From assembly GCF_009914755.1 (NCBI RefSeq), contig NC_060926.1: a stretch of 64,000 nt of DNA. One strand, written 5' to 3'. The notes below the pieces were generated by a model, which was given only the letters and a program-made list of their open reading frames with translations, was not told the DNA's origin and searched no databases. The position numbers and the translations under genes are program-made. This DNA comes from the human T2T-CHM13v2.0 reference genome, Homo sapiens. This document shows, one piece after another, positions 1 through 13,815 of this stretch. How positions within the stretch are numbered: position 1 is the first letter of the stretch; each line of letters begins with the position of its first letter.

Positions 1-3000
1 AAGGCAGCATTAAAAGATACTGCCCATATGCCCTAATTTAAATGACATCATGGAATACTTACAGCAAAGTTTCTAAAGGTTCACAGCAATTTTTTCAAGT
101 CATCTAAGTCCATAACAAATGATTATGGAATCTCTATAGATTTTTATCCACACAATGAATTTTGGTAATATGGTAAAGGTCAGAAACTCAAATAAGGTGA
201 TCATGAGTCTCATTAATTCCAAACAATATGAAATATGCTATTTAATATCCTTTTTCTCTTCTGTGTGCCCTTTCCTTAATTTTTAAAGCAAACAATTAAT
301 CCTCTGCTTTGCACCAGCATGTTTTGATTAATAAGGATTTTATAACTTATGAAACAATCCAATAGCTCACTGTATTATATAATGGAATAGTCAGCACAGA
401 GGATTCCGGAAGATTTCATTTGAAACTTTTCACATAATGAAAAGTCATTCTTTACTTTCCCTAAAGATCTAGCTTATAGATTATTCTGTGCATATTTCCC
501 AAGTAAATAAATATATTAATTTCTGAGAATAAATCATATAAATTTTAAAAGAAAGCCCCTGGAAGCACACCTATTCTTATTTTGTAAAATGCTGAGGTCA
601 TCTTAACATGGGAAAACAAAAAGGTGTCCTTAACAACTGAAAAAAATAGCAGTATTAAGATAAGATTTTGAAAATACAGGTGTTAGGGAGAAAATAATTT
701 CTAGTATTGCAAGGTCTTCGTTTATTCAATACAATGTCATTTGAAAAGACTTCACACCTATATAATCTTTCAAGAAGGAAATTACATTGAATATACGACG
801 AAAACCTTAATTAAAGCAACATTTTCTGTGTCTCTTTCTTCTCCAGCTCCATAAGAGGATTACATCTTTAGCTAAGGGCCTTTTGCTTTCAGTTCTATTA
901 TCTTGCTTTTTATAACAGATTTTGAGCTAACGCTACACCAAGTAACAGTCTTAGTCTCCCAAACCTTGAAAAAATACACATAAAAGCCCCCAACTACTAT
1001 CTTTTATTTTTTCTTCTTATTATTAAATGTGCGTCTTCGTGTTGATTCATCTTCAAGAAGATATGAGAACTCAACAGCTAGTGGTAAAGTGGATAAATGG
1101 GAAAGAAATCAAAGCAGCGGCTAAACAGTAGGAAAGGACTATAAAGAAAGTATAGAAGATGTGCTAGATGGAGGATCACAGCCAATACAGAGAAGGGGCA
1201 AAGTCACATGCAATCAGGAAAACAGTTATTATAACTCCTTCCATCATCAGTCTCAGCAGAGAAAAAGAATGAGGGTAAGAAGTCTTATTACAAGTATCTC
1301 TAATAACTCCCAGTCATCAGTACAGGGTTCTAGCCAAGTTGGCCTCACTACCACCTGTCCCCACTTGTGCTGTGTTCACCTCTGTTTTTCTTTGTCTTCT
1401 CTCTTTCTAGAGGGCCTTCCTCCTCACTCTTCACTGGCTAGCCACATCTTACCCTTCAAGTAATCAAGTGTCAATTCTACCTCCTCAAGAAAACATGCTT
1501 CATCACAGCTGCTGGAAGTGATCTTTCCTCCTATGAGCCCCTGAAGCTCTTAAATCTAGCCCCCAAATCTGTCACATGCTTACCTCCCAAAGAAAAGCTC
1601 TTTCTTCCGGCATGCACCATCCTGTTCCTCCTTTTCTTTGTAATTCCTATCACTTACCAAGATTCCCTTATCGGGGGAGATGGAATTTGAGATGGGCCCC
1701 AAGTGTTGGCTGGATTTTATACATATGATGAAAGACGTGGAAGAAAATTCCAAGTCAAACATAAAAAGTTCAACCAAGAACTGTGACCTAAGACTGGGCA
1801 GGCCTTGCATGGGGTAAAATGAGTATCTAAGATGTTGTTCATGCAGAGCATGAGTCCTCACTCTTGTTCGGGTTGATGGAATATAATAAACTGGTGCGTA
1901 CAATATCACATAAACTATCCATAACGCAAACAATTCTAAAAGAAAATGTGATTAAATAAAATTGCATACAACATTAAAACCACAAACATATTTCTTCAAA
2001 AAATACAAATCTGTCCAATTAGACTGTTTTTTTTTCCTCAACATTTTCTGTTTGCCACTTGCTCACTGATCATGTAACGGGCTGAAGCAAATTCCAAAGG
2101 TTTGTGGAGAGGAGATACAATATGGAAAGAAAAAAAATAATCAGAGAAAAGTTGATTCACTAACCATATTGCTTTCTGAGAACTTCAGGAAAACTCCTCT
2201 TTTTTAATCTATTCTAGAAGCTTGGTTGAGCGTCACTGATTTAGGGCAATAGGAGAAAATGAAGTTATACAGGTAGAGAGAGGTCAGCTCACTTGTACTA
2301 GTTTGGGTTCAGCCACAAATACTCAAGAGAGCATTTATTGCCTCCCCTCTGTGTGAAGTCTCGGAAGAATTTAATGTGCCTAAACACCCCATTCAGATAT
2401 GCTGCTTTAAAATATATATTTCCTCCACTTTTCCCTAAACTATTTTCTTATTGCCTAGTTGACTGGTGTAACTGTGTAAACATTTGGCATTCGAGCTGAA
2501 TGAGAATGAGATGAAATGGCAGCTCTCCCAGCCGTCTTATTTCACAACATAGAAGTAAAACTGGCATTGCAGAGAATGTCATAATTCATGTGTGTCAGTC
2601 CTGAGGTGTGTAAAAGTGGTTGGGAGCAGGAATGCCACAGCCTATTCAAAACCACAGATAAGAACAGATATTCTATCCTGTTGCCCAGAGTGACATCTAC
2701 TGGATCAGCAAGTTCAAAACATAAATGCAAAACATTTCTCCCTTCCTTAAACAAAAGCAGAGAGGTGGACGTGCAAAGATATGTAAAAGATGGAAAGGCC
2801 AGTGGATCCTAGAAGTCTATTTGGGCCCAGAGTCTACCCAGTAACTGGAATGCTGATGTACCAGCTTCTCAGGAGAAAAGTCTTTGGCCACTGGAAGAGA
2901 AAAAGTTTCAGAACAGGTAAAAAGGAGAGAAACTGGGATAATGTCATACTTCTTTTTTTTTTCCTTTTGAAGGCAGAACACCCTCTCCCAATCTAAACAG

Positions 3001-3569
3001 TAAAGTTACCAACTTCCTAATCTTACCAAAAAGAGAGCCAATTTTCCTGTTGAGAGAGAGGTAGCAATGTTCAATCTGCCAAAACTAAATGAACCAATTA
3101 AAGTGTACAACTACATACCACCTACCTAGCAAGAGGTCCACGCTGTCTACTAAGAGAACTGTGGCCTTGCTTCAACATTGAGTCTACTTTAAAAACAACA
3201 AATGAGGAGAGTATCCAGAGAGTTGCATATTTCCTTTTACAGTAATATTAAATGGCTATAATCAAGTAACAATAATCACATACACGTCACATGTTTTAAA
3301 TAGGCTAAGGAGGATAGAGGTACAAACTGTGATTTCTGCCTCTTAACAGCTTATGACCTTCTTGGGGGTAAATGACACATCCACACACAAAAGTAACCAA
3401 CACCGGGTAATGAGTGTTCAATATCATGTGAGAGATCACAGTTACTTTTCCTTCCATCTGTTCTTCATTCTGTAGGGTCTTTTCTTTCTTAATCTTCTCC
3501 ATCCCTCCAAAAAACTTTCAAATATGAATGCTTATTGAAAAATAATATTTTTACCCTTTCCTTATAAAT

Positions 3570-4310
3570 ACTACCTTCTTCCTTTTACACTCCACTTTCT
3601 TTAAAGACTAACATACCTTACTGTCTTCTCCTCGTCTAGCACAAGCCCCTCAACCCACTGCAATACGACTCTGGCTCCACCATCTCACTGAAACACAAAC
3701 TCTTGCTAAAGTAGAAAATGACTTCCTAGTTGTCAAATCCAAAGGATACAGTTCACCGAAGTTTAATTTAATGTCTCCTTGCTTATGATTTTCTCTGTCT
3801 TGGCTTCTAAGTCACTAGTTCTGATTTCACTACCTCATTGCTAAATTCTCCTTCTAAGCTCAAGTAGTCCATCCACAAGCATTTCTGTGAAAGACTGTGT
3901 TAGACACTGGGGACATGGAAATGAACAGGTTGCTTTTCCTACCACTGATTTCTCTTCCTCCAGATCATCTCTTAAACACTTGTGGTCCATGGGTTTTTCT
4001 GTCCTCAGAACTCTTATGCAATAGTCTCTCTAAAAGGAGCTTATCCAATTTCACTGGCTGCAGCCTCTACATAGATTTTTCTTAGACCTGTGTATCCAGG
4101 TCTCCTTTCTGCTGCGCTCCAGTCCTTGGTTTCCAACTACCAACTAAACATCTCTATCTGAATATCCCAAAGGCATATAAATGCCAACATTAAAAGCTGG
4201 ATTCATTATCTTCTTTGCTAAAAACTTCTCTTATGCTCACACTAGAACCTTGTCCTCAACTCACCCTCTTTTTTCTGTCACATCCAACTGAATAGTGTGT
4301 TCCATTAATT
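3570..4310 (+). mobile_element. L2 LINE relic, ORF2 3' part (continues at 5400-5680 beyond the Alu/L1 insertions)
   Basis: Degenerate L2 motifs 'ccactgcaat...ccaccatctcactgaaac...cttgctaaagt...aatgacttcctagttgtcaaatccaaagg' and 'tccaactaccaactaaacatctctatctgaatatccc'; boundaries approximate. Confidence 0.7.
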
Positions 4311-4327
4311 CTATTAAAAATTGTTTT

Positions 4328-4482
4328 AGCAAGGCATGGTGGCTCATGCCTGTAATCCTACTGCTTTGGGAGACTGAGGTGGGAGGATCTTTTGAGCCCA
4401 GGAGTTCAAAGCTTCAAAGAGCTACGACTGCATGACTGCACTCCAGCCTGCATGACGGAGCAAGACCTAGTCTCTAAAAAAA

Positions 4483-4500
<18 letters not shown>
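4328..4500 (+). mobile_element. Alu monomer (FRAM/AluJ-like; left-arm start fused to right-arm end) with A25 tail
   Basis: 'ggtggctcatgcctgtaatcc..ctttgggag' start, then 'gagcccaggagttc...gagctacga...ctgcactccagcctg...agacc..tctct' and A25 at 4476-4500. Confidence 0.85.
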
Positions 4501-4516
<16 letters not shown>

Positions 4517-4519
4517 TAT
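4501..4519. repeat. (TA)n microsatellite abutting Alu poly(A)
   Basis: tatatatatatatatatat. Confidence 0.95.
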
Positions 4520-4529
4520 GTAGTTTTGC

Positions 4530-5347
4530 CCCTCCATTAAAAAGTGGGCAAAGGACATTAAACACACATTTCTCAAAAGAAGACACACAAGCAGATGAGA
4601 AATATAAAAGAATGCTCAACATCACTAATCATCAGAGAAATGCAAATTAAAACCACTATGAGATATCATTTTACACCAGTCAGAATCGCTAGAACAGTCA
4701 AAAAACAACAGATGTTGGTGACGGTGCAGAGAAAAGGGAATGCTTATACACTGTTGGTGGGAATGTAAATTGGAACAACCGCTATGGAAAAGAGTATGGA
4801 GATTTCTCAAAGGATTAAAAAATAGAGCTACCCTTTGACTCAACAATCCCACTATTGGGTATCTACCCAAAGGAAAAGAAATCTTTATATAAAAAAGACA
4901 CCTGCAGTTGTAGGTTTATAGCAGCACTATTCACAATAACAAAGTAACCTAACTATCCATCAACCACTGATTGGATAAAGAAAATGCAGTGTATATACAC
5001 CATAGAATATTATGCAGTCATAAAAAAGAATGAAATCATGTCCTTTGCAACAACATGGAGGCCAATATCCTAAGCGAAATAACTCAGAAGCAGAAAATCA
5101 AATACTGTGTGTTCTCACTTATAAGTGGAAGCTAAACAATGGATACACATGGACACAAAGACAGGAATAATAAACACTGGGGACTCCAAAAGGGGGAAGA
5201 GGTAGGAAAGGAGTGAGGGTTAAAAATTGACCTTTTGGGTACAACGTTCACTATTTTGCTGACAGGTACATTAGAATCCCCACCATTACAAAATATATCC
5301 ATGTCACAAGCCAGCACATGTACCTCCAAACCTAAAACAAAATAAAA
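4530..5347 (+). mobile_element. 5'-truncated LINE-1 3' end (L1PB-like)
   Basis: ORF2 C-terminal sequence ('aaaaagtgggcaaaggaca...ttctcaaaagaagaca') and L1PB-type 3' UTR ('gggtacaacgttcactat...ccaccattacaaaatatatccatg'). Confidence 0.88.
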
Positions 5348-5399
5348 TTTTAAGAAATGTTTTGATGTTAAATTTCTACTATTAAAAATTTTAAATTAA

Positions 5400-5680
5400 A
5401 CAGCCTTCATCAGTTCTCTTCCTCTCCAGTCTCTTCTTGTAATCTTCTTCAAAACTTCCACCAAAGATTTTTCTTCTGAAATGCAAATCTGATCATGGAA
5501 CTCTTTTTACCAAAATTACCTCAATGATTTCCTATAGCACAGAATGAATATTAAATTCCTTGGTAAATTGTTCTATATGCTCCATGAGCCCCCTGTCCCC
5601 TACAATCTACCCATCCAGAATCATCTTTCATTTCTCCCTCAGACACTCCACAAACTGCAGATATGCTGAACTGTTTAATG
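5400..5680 (+). mobile_element. L2 relic (continuation)
   Basis: 'aaatgcaaatctgatcatg...cctcaatgatttcctatagcacagaat...aaattcctt' resembles the L2 3' region. Confidence 0.6.
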
Positions 5681-6411
5681 TGGATGCCTCTGAATAAGGC
5701 ACTCCTGCACAGCTCTTTTCAGAGAAGAAGGTCACTAAGACTATTTGAACAACTCCAAAATTAAGTCCAGGAGCCTAGGCTTGAATAAAGTGCTAGAGAG
5801 TAAGAAACTGAAGATGCAAAAGGCCACTCGGTTTATTTCTCCAAGAAGTTTTCCACAGTAAGAAAACCCTTGAGAAGTCAGGGTCACAGCCAGCCAGTTC
5901 TATGCATTAAACCAGAATAATGAAAGTGAGAAAATGTACCATAGAAAACACAGCCAATATTCCTTGTGATTGCCACATTGAGCTGCTCTTTGAAGCCAGG
6001 CAGAGAATCAAATCTGATTCTTAAAAGGCTCATGGGAGTCTGAAAATATACATCAAATCACATTCAATCATCAACAAAAAGAAAGCCTTTCTTAGTTGCT
6101 GCTGTATTTTCAAATCTCTATTTAAATTAATAAATATACTTCTGGAGGAGGTTAACCATATGAGGCAATTTCTCTCTTTTGCTAACAGCCAAGATGAAAA
6201 ACAATTATAAATTGCAGGCAAAACAAAAAGTTGCACAAAAAAACTCACAATCCACATTTCAAGTAAACCAGTATCTAATATATGGCATGATTTTGAATAA
6301 TTGGTGGCATGCATAGAAGAAAAACTATTTGAATTTGATTCCTACAGCATTCTCCCTTTAGCAGCACAAGTTTAGTGATACACATTTATTCACAGTACTG
6401 GGCTCTCCAAG

Positions 6412-6586
6412 AAATAATATTACTGAGCACTTACTAAGTGCCATGCATTGCTCTGAAGACATTACAAGTACTCACATATTTAATGCTCATAACAACACTA
6501 TCAGGTAGGCATTATTTTATGGGCATTTTACATATAGAGAAATGGAGGCACAGAGAAGTTAAGTCATTTATCCAAAATAACAAAAG
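6412..6586 (-). mobile_element. MIR SINE
   Basis: Reverse MIR core 'tactgagcacttactaagtgcc...cataacaacactatcaggtagg...catttta...gaggcacagagaagttaagtcattt'. Confidence 0.85.
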
Positions 6587-6607
6587 CCCAGCCAGAAAGT
6601 AGTGTAG

Positions 6608-7917
6608 TACAACTATCTGATCTTTGACAAACCTGACAAAAACAAACAATGGGGAATGGACTCCCTATGCAATAAATGGTGCTGGGATAACAGGCTAGCC
6701 ATATGCAGAAAATTGAAACTGGACTCCTGCCTTACACAATATACAAAAATTAACTCCAGATGGGTTAAAGACTTAAATGTAAAACCCAAAACTATAAAAT
6801 CCCTGGAAGACAACCTAGACAATACCATTCAGGACGTGGGCACAGGAAAAGATTTCATGACAAAGATGCCAAAAGCATTTGCAACAAAAACAAAAATTGA
6901 CAAATGACATCAGATTAAACTAAAGAGCTTCTGCACAGCAAAAGAAACTATCAACAGAGTAAACAGGCAACTTACAGAATAGGAGAAAAATTTGGCAAAC
7001 TATGCATCTGACAAAGGTCTAATATCCAGCATCCATAAGGAACTTAATTTACAAGAAAAAAACAAGCCCATTAAAAAGTGGCAAAGGACATGAACAGACA
7101 CTTCTCAAGACATACATGCGGCCAATAATCCTATGAAAAAAAGCTCAATGTCATCCATCATTAGAGAAATGCAAATCAAAACCACAATGAGATAACATCT
7201 CACGCCAGTCAGAATGGCGATTATTAAAAAGTCAAAAAATAACAGATGCTGGCAAGGTTGTGGAGAAAAAGGAATGCTTATACACTGTAGGTGGGAGTGT
7301 AAATTAGTTCGACCATTGTGGAAGACAGTATGGTGATTTCTCAAATACCTAAAGAAAGAAATACCACTTGACCAAGAAATCTCATTACTGGGTACATACC
7401 CAAGGGAACATAAACTGTTCTATTATAAAGACACATGCATATGTATGTTCATTGCAGCAGTATTCACAATAGCAAAGACATGGAGTCAACCTAAATGCCC
7501 ATCAGTGGTAGACTGAATAAAGAAAATGTAGTACACACATAACATGGGATACTATGCAGCAATAAAATAGAATGAAATCATGTCCTTAACAGGGACATGG
7601 ATGGAGCTTGAGGCCACTATCCTTAACAAACTAACACAGGAACAGAAAACCAAATACCACATGTTCTCACTTATAAGTGGAAGCTAAATGATGAAAACAC
7701 ACGGACACATAGATGGAAACAACACACACTGGGGCTTATTGGAGGGTGGGGAGTGGAAGGAGGGAGAGGATAAGGAAAAATAACTAATGGGTGCTAGGGT
7801 TAATACCTAGGTGATGAAATAATCTGTACAACAAACCTCCATGACACACATTTACCTATGTAAGAAACCTGCACGTGTACACCTGAGCTTAAAAGTTTTT
7901 GAAAAACATAAAAAAAG
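6608..7917 (+). mobile_element. 5'-truncated LINE-1 (L1PA13-15-like), ORF2 C-terminal part and 3' UTR
   Basis: ORF 6656-6907 ([18 protein letters not shown]...[24 protein letters not shown]) is L1 ORF2p; 3' UTR 'ggaaaaataactaatggg...gtgatgaaataatctgtacaacaaacc'. Confidence 0.93.
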
Positions 7918-8149
7918 ATCCTCAAGTACATTAATTAGAGTACCTAAAACTAAAATTGTTGAAAGCAGTTATCCATGGAGAGCAGAACTCTGAATGAGAA
8001 AGGTAACGTAAAGGATGATTTTAGTTTTTCCGTATGCTCTTTCCTTATGTTATTTTCTTTGTTGTTTGCATTTTTCCCTCAAGGTTGAAAGCAATTTGAA
8101 TGACTCTGAAATGATAAACTATTAAATAATAAAGCAAGTTATAAAATGA

Positions 8150-8270
8150 TACACATACTCATATATGTATACGTGTGTGCAGACATATTATATATGTGTG
8201 TGATCCCATACACATGCACACACAAGACAGAGAGAAAAAAATAGATATAGCTAGATATATTGAAAGAGAG
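8150..8270. repeat. Mixed (TA)/(TG)/(CA)/(GA) low-complexity tract
   Basis: Directly visible dinucleotide runs. Confidence 0.75.
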
Positions 8271-8979
8271 ATGTTAATATTCACAACGATTATTGCTGGA
8301 GAGTGACATTAATTATTCTTCTTTAGGCTTTTATTTTCATTTTTCTTACAATAAGTATGTACACTATTTTATAATTAGAAATATATATATATTTTTTTAA
8401 ACAGCATGGTTGTGTTTATTCATTGCTCAGAGGATGGAAATGGAAAGGATTATTTACCTTATTAAACGGAATTTTTTTCTGCTGAAAAAATAAAGTTGTT
8501 TTTTAAACGTTTTATTTAACCTTCTAGAAGCTCTAATTCTTCAGAAATCTAGACCTTTCTTTGACAAGCTCATCAGTGCCAAGACCTCTTAAAGAAAATT
8601 TTACTTGTCTGACAATTCCATTGCTACATAATATTCAAGTATCATTCAGCCCTATACAACTCAGATCTTACGGAAAAATCTACTTTTAACATTTGACCCT
8701 CTTATTAAAATATAAAGCCTATCTGGCTTAAATGCAGATTTTCAATACTACAAACAAAAAGTCTTTTCCAAGGTGGGCATGCTTACAGTCACAGGGCCTA
8801 TCTGGCCTATGTGACAACTATCTATCATGAACCTTGACAATAAAATAAACATAGACGTTTAAGAAAATCCACATCAGCTGACACAATGTAAAGTTTCCAG
8901 GGAAATAGAATAGATTTTACAGTAGCTAAAGAGCTCAATAAATCATTCAGCACAATCCTTCACCTTCAGGCGGATAAAA

Positions 8980-9100
8980 CGCCATTATTACCATATTATA
9001 GATAAATCACCTGAGACCCAGGGGGGGTTAGTGCCTTCCCCCAGGTCATAGAGATAATGTGTGAGAAAAGAGGAATTAAAACTCAAGCCACCTGCTTTCC
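8980..9100 (-). mobile_element. MIR fragment
   Basis: 'ccatattatagataa...ctgagacccag...ccccaggtcatagag...gaattaaaactcaag'. Confidence 0.6.
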
Positions 9101-9732
9101 CCTGAAAAAGCTTCTCCTGACAAAATACACGGTGTCATCGGATAATGGTGAGAGAGACATGCCCGTGTCACCAACTCAGAAATGATCTTCTTCTTTTTTC
9201 CAGGAGAGTGTTAACAACAAGGTCTATGCACAGTTCATCTCTCACCTGGATTTCCTGCAGCTTCTTCCAGAGACTTCAGATAGTCCCAGTGCTAGTTGCT
9301 GCTTCTCCAGATGTTTTTTATTTCCCCCGAGTGGCTTTCTACACTCTCATTCACACCTCCTTTCTATTTATAGACCAGTGGCAGTGTCTTCGCCCCTGCT
9401 TCTAAACCTTTCACCAGAAAAGCCTGCACTCTTATTACCTTCTCAGAATATTTACTTGTTCACATAGGTGTATCATGTTACGCTCCAAATACATTTTCTC
9501 CTGTGTCCTCAGCTGTAAAACCTTAGCATTCTCTTTTTTGTGAATCTCAAGATATTATATAACTCCTTACACTGAACTCCAAAGCAGACAGCTAGTCACC
9601 CTTTCCTTACTCTCTCAACACTTTTCTTTTTCCTTCAACCTTTGGTCCTGTGTAAATACTTGCATCTAATAGTGTAATATTTGAGGGCAGCATGAACTGT
9701 GAGACCTATGTGCAAAAATCCCAGTCGCCTTT

Positions 9733-10100
9733 CCTCATTCATTTAATAAATGTCTTTTAAGTGACCACTATATGTCAAACCCTGGTATACATGTTCAGTA
9801 TTTGAGAATGAATAAGGTCAGAGACACCATCCCTAACCTTAAGCATCTCAGAGTCTTGGGTGAAGAGAATGGGAATGCTAAGCTGTAAGGCACATGTACA
9901 ATTAGTCATACTACCATGCTCTATTACACTGCAGTACTATACTCAATATATGTGAGAAGTGCTAAGGCAAAAGAGAGGAAAGCAATATTAATTCCACATG
10001 ACATTTGAGCCAGGTTTAGAAGGGTTACTACAAAATCATCCGGAGGCAGGGCAAGAACCTTCTAAAGAGAAGGAACGTAAGTTTGGGATGAAAGAAGCCC
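9733..10100 (-). mobile_element. L2 3' end
   Basis: 'ctcattcatttaataaatg...cactatatgtcaaaccctgg...gaatgaataag' is the reverse of the L2 tail. Confidence 0.65.
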
Positions 10101-13100
10101 AGTGAGAGGGAGTATTATTATTAATATTTAGTTCAATTTGCCAAGGTAGCATATGACATCATGTACTAGATGGCAGTAAAGAAATGCTGCTGTCTACAAT
10201 GGAGACACACCCCCAAGTTAAACCTGAGTAAACCTGGCTCCCTCTGTGAACTGTCACCCTTGAATAAACGAATACTGCCTGGGTCCTGTGGCATCTTTTC
10301 TGGGCACAAAATTTTATTTTAAAGGACATTGGGAAGCTAATCATGAAGCAGCAGAAACAAAAGCTGTCTACATTCCCCTGCTGCAAAAAAAAAAAAAGAA
10401 AGAAAAAAAAAGAAAAAGGGGCTCCGTTAGAGGAGATGTTGAGTCTAAGAAAACAAATAAAAGTTGTTCTGAAAGGAGAGGCAATTAAGTTTTTGCCAAA
10501 CATGACAGAAAGCTGAGAACTGAAGCAGACAGAGTAATGTCTATCTTTGGCACACCAGACAGGCAGGAAAAGAGTGTGTGTCTTTGATGGCAGACTTTAT
10601 TTTAAAGGTGCTAACTGACATTTTGAAAGGACATGAAAACATGGAAACGAGAGAGCTCTTCAGGGCCCTGCTGTCTGGGCTGCAGAAGCTCCCAAATGCC
10701 CCTAGGGTTTTCATTCTCCCAGACTAAGGCTAGCACAAGATAAGGTGCAGAAAAGAAAAGAAGAAAAATAAAACAAGTCTCTATCTTAAAGCAGCTACAT
10801 GAATTCATATGATGCATTTAAGTCGAAAGTATAAAGAGAAAGACAGTTCCTGGCTCCTGAAAGAATCTTGCAGAGGGATGCTCATTTGTTACAGAAGGGC
10901 AGAGTTATGTCCATCATCTGACCAGTCAACAAAGTGCATATATGTTTTTATAAAGAAGCCTGTGACAATAGCAGAACAGGAACAAAAGCTTATTTCTAAG
11001 GCAACTGGTGACTCGAGTATTGGAGAAAGCCCCCTTGTGGCTTTCCCAAAGGCACTCTTACAACGGAGCAGATGCTGGTAGTCAGGAACTGAGTGTACTG
11101 AGGCATCTCAATCTACAGCTCATTTCCCTTACCTCTCTCATTGCTTCCCTATCAGTCCTGCTGACTGAAGGCACAACCTATGTTTATTATCTCTTGATCC
11201 CACTAAATCATTTTATCCCACCAAAGCAGCTTAGATTTATTTGAATATTTCATACGTCTTCATTGTGCTTTGTACTTCTCATAACCCAAATTTCTCCTTC
11301 TATCCCAGGATCAGTAGATATTTTCCTAGATCTTTAAAGTGAGGGGAATAAGAGTCTCCTCCACATTTAGGATTCATATCATTGAGAAAGGAGAATAAAG
11401 GATAGAAACTGGAAAGATTGGATAGTCAATAAGAGTGTGATTCAGAGGAATGATCTATTTCCAGTCCTACACTGACCAACACTCACTTAAGCTCAATGTA
11501 AGTAAATACAGAAGAGGAAGAAGAGACGAAACATACAGGAAAATATCACGGGTACCCACTTCACCCTTTTTGGCTTCTCACATTAGGATTCTTTACAAAA
11601 TCTCAACAACCTAGCCTTTCCAACTCACCTCAATAGCAACTCACTGTGTTCTGCAGCCAATGCTATCATTCAGGAACATTTACCAAGTCCCCAGTCTAGG
11701 TGAGATCTTATGTTAGAGGATACAGAAATGAACATACTGTGCTGGCTTAGCAAAAACAAACATAGGAAGTACAAGGATAGGGGTAGCAGAAGGGGTTTGG
11801 GCAGGGAGTTCAGTTAGGTAAGACATCCAACAGAGCCAATTGATTCAAATTGGTAAGTTCTGAGGTCTCAGAGGTCAGTCAGGGAATCAGAAATAAATGT
11901 CCTTGCAAACATGTGTGCAAATCCCAGGACAAAGGTTATTACTTCTCTAAGCCATTTTAGACTTCTTGCTGTCTGTAAAGACCCAGGACCTGGGGAAATA
12001 AATATAACCAGAAAGTGGTTCAAGGCTTCCAGGTAAAGCCTGCTGCTGTGAGAATCAAGGAAAAAACTACTAAATTACTCCAGAAACTTAGAAGCATGTG
12101 TTGTTATTTAAATAGCTAAAACAGAAGTATACTTGGCTATACACCAAAAGAGCTCATGTTAGCCCTGACAACATTTCAAAAGGACAATAAAGGTTAAGAA
12201 AAGAGAAGGAAAAAGGGAAAATTGAAATTTTTTAATTATTAAATGATTAATGTATACACAAAAGCTCAAGGAAAAACAAGTTTTGCAAAATTACCAAAAA
12301 AGCTGTCTCAATTGTTTTCAGAAATGCAATTTAACCATGAGAAAAATCTCTCTAATTTTCTGAGATGATTAAAGACAAGGCCTGTTTCTTAATTGCCTGG
12401 TTGCTAAACACATTAGGAAATGGATAGAGTTTCAAGATTGAGATGCTGGCCAAATATTATCTTTTGTATTTCCATTTTGTTTAAAAAAAAATAGAGTAAT
12501 ACAGGAAAATAAGGAGCTGTTTGTTAGGAAGTAGAGTGGGAAAGAAATTACAGCGGAGAAAAAAGTGAATTTTTTTTAATGACAGATAAGGAATAATAGT
12601 TAAAAACCTAAATACCTGAAGATGGTTCTCCAAAACTAAACTGAAATAAAATTAAAACACATTTTGAATTTATTATTGGGGGATTGCTGCAAGAAGCAGA
12701 TAGGAAATACTCTTTCCATTATTTTGCAAAGCACAGAGAGTAGTTTTCTAGGCAATTTCGGCACTTTACAAAATGCCCAGAAGCCACAGATCTCTGCAGA
12801 AGAGGTCACACGCTCATAGGTTCAAGATAGAAAGCAGAAAGATTCAAGTCAATAGAAACATCAAATTAGTTTGCTGGTTATTGAGTGGAGAGGGCACTTT
12901 TATGCCCTGGTCTCCGAACTACTGCCTCAGCTACTCAGAGCAAGTCTGACATTAACCTAGAGGAAACATCAATTCAGAAAAAAAAAGAAAGAAAGAAAAA
13001 GACAAAATTCATAATGATCCATATTGGCCATCTGTGTGTCTTAATTTTCTGAAGCTTAAAAACAAATAACTGAAAGAAGTGCCAGATATTTTGCAACATA

Positions 13101-13434
13101 AGCTGAACTTTCATATATTAGAATAATTGTTTAGCTTTTTAGATGTTTGTGAATTTTTCCTTCCTTAGCTACTGATGGGCCAAAAAGCATTCATGTTATA
13201 AATGTGTATGAAGTGATTCCTATTTATAAAATGAGATGGCACACAGAGAAGGGAGTCAACCAAATGACTTCTTTGGGTCCTTCCAGTTCTGAATTATGAT
13301 TTAATGGCATTCATAACTCTTACTTAAAATGATCTAGCTTGAAAAAATAATACAAATATTAAACATTCAGCATTTATGAAACACACATATTAAGTCCTTA
13401 AATGACTGTTAAATAAAAGACTTCTTTCTTGCAG

Positions 13435-13600
13435 TAACTATATACGAAAGGATTATATATGAAGGAATTATATATATTTACTATACATATATGAATTTCC
13501 TATATGTAGGAATATAAAGGAAATTTTATATATATTTATATATTTCCTATATTTTTCTAACAATAGGAAATATACACAGGCACAAATACATATAAATAAT
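13435..13600. repeat. AT-rich (TA)n-like low-complexity tract
   Basis: Visible TA-rich degenerate repeats. Confidence 0.7.
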
Positions 13601-13679
13601 TAGATTTTATTTGTGTGTATTTTTAAAATTCTACCATTCCTCTGTATTTATTAGCTAACATTCATATGTAGAGAAAACT

Positions 13680-13815
13680 TTCCCTCATGAATTGGGCTAT
13701 TTGGTTTGCCAGAACTATTTTTCCCACTAACAAGCAGACTACATGTATAATTCTTTCTCTTCGACTGCCAATTTTTAGGGTAAGTTGACTTAATAGTCAT
13801 TTTCAATGGTGGCAA
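13680..13815 (-). mobile_element. Old L1 3' region (L1MC4/5-like), left part, split by the L1PA8 insertion
   Basis: 'ttccctcat...ctatttggttt...ttctttc...ccaattttag' resembles the L1MC 3' end; continues at 18236. Confidence 0.45.

Noticed and set aside
1161-3502. ORFs of 65-117 aa at the left end
   Set aside because: No recognisable domain, several non-ATG starts, no convincing splice context; lengths are consistent with chance.
10381-10422. Very strong minus-strand polypyrimidine tract with NAGNAG acceptor
   Set aside because: It is an A-rich simple tract and I found no good donor within exon distance.
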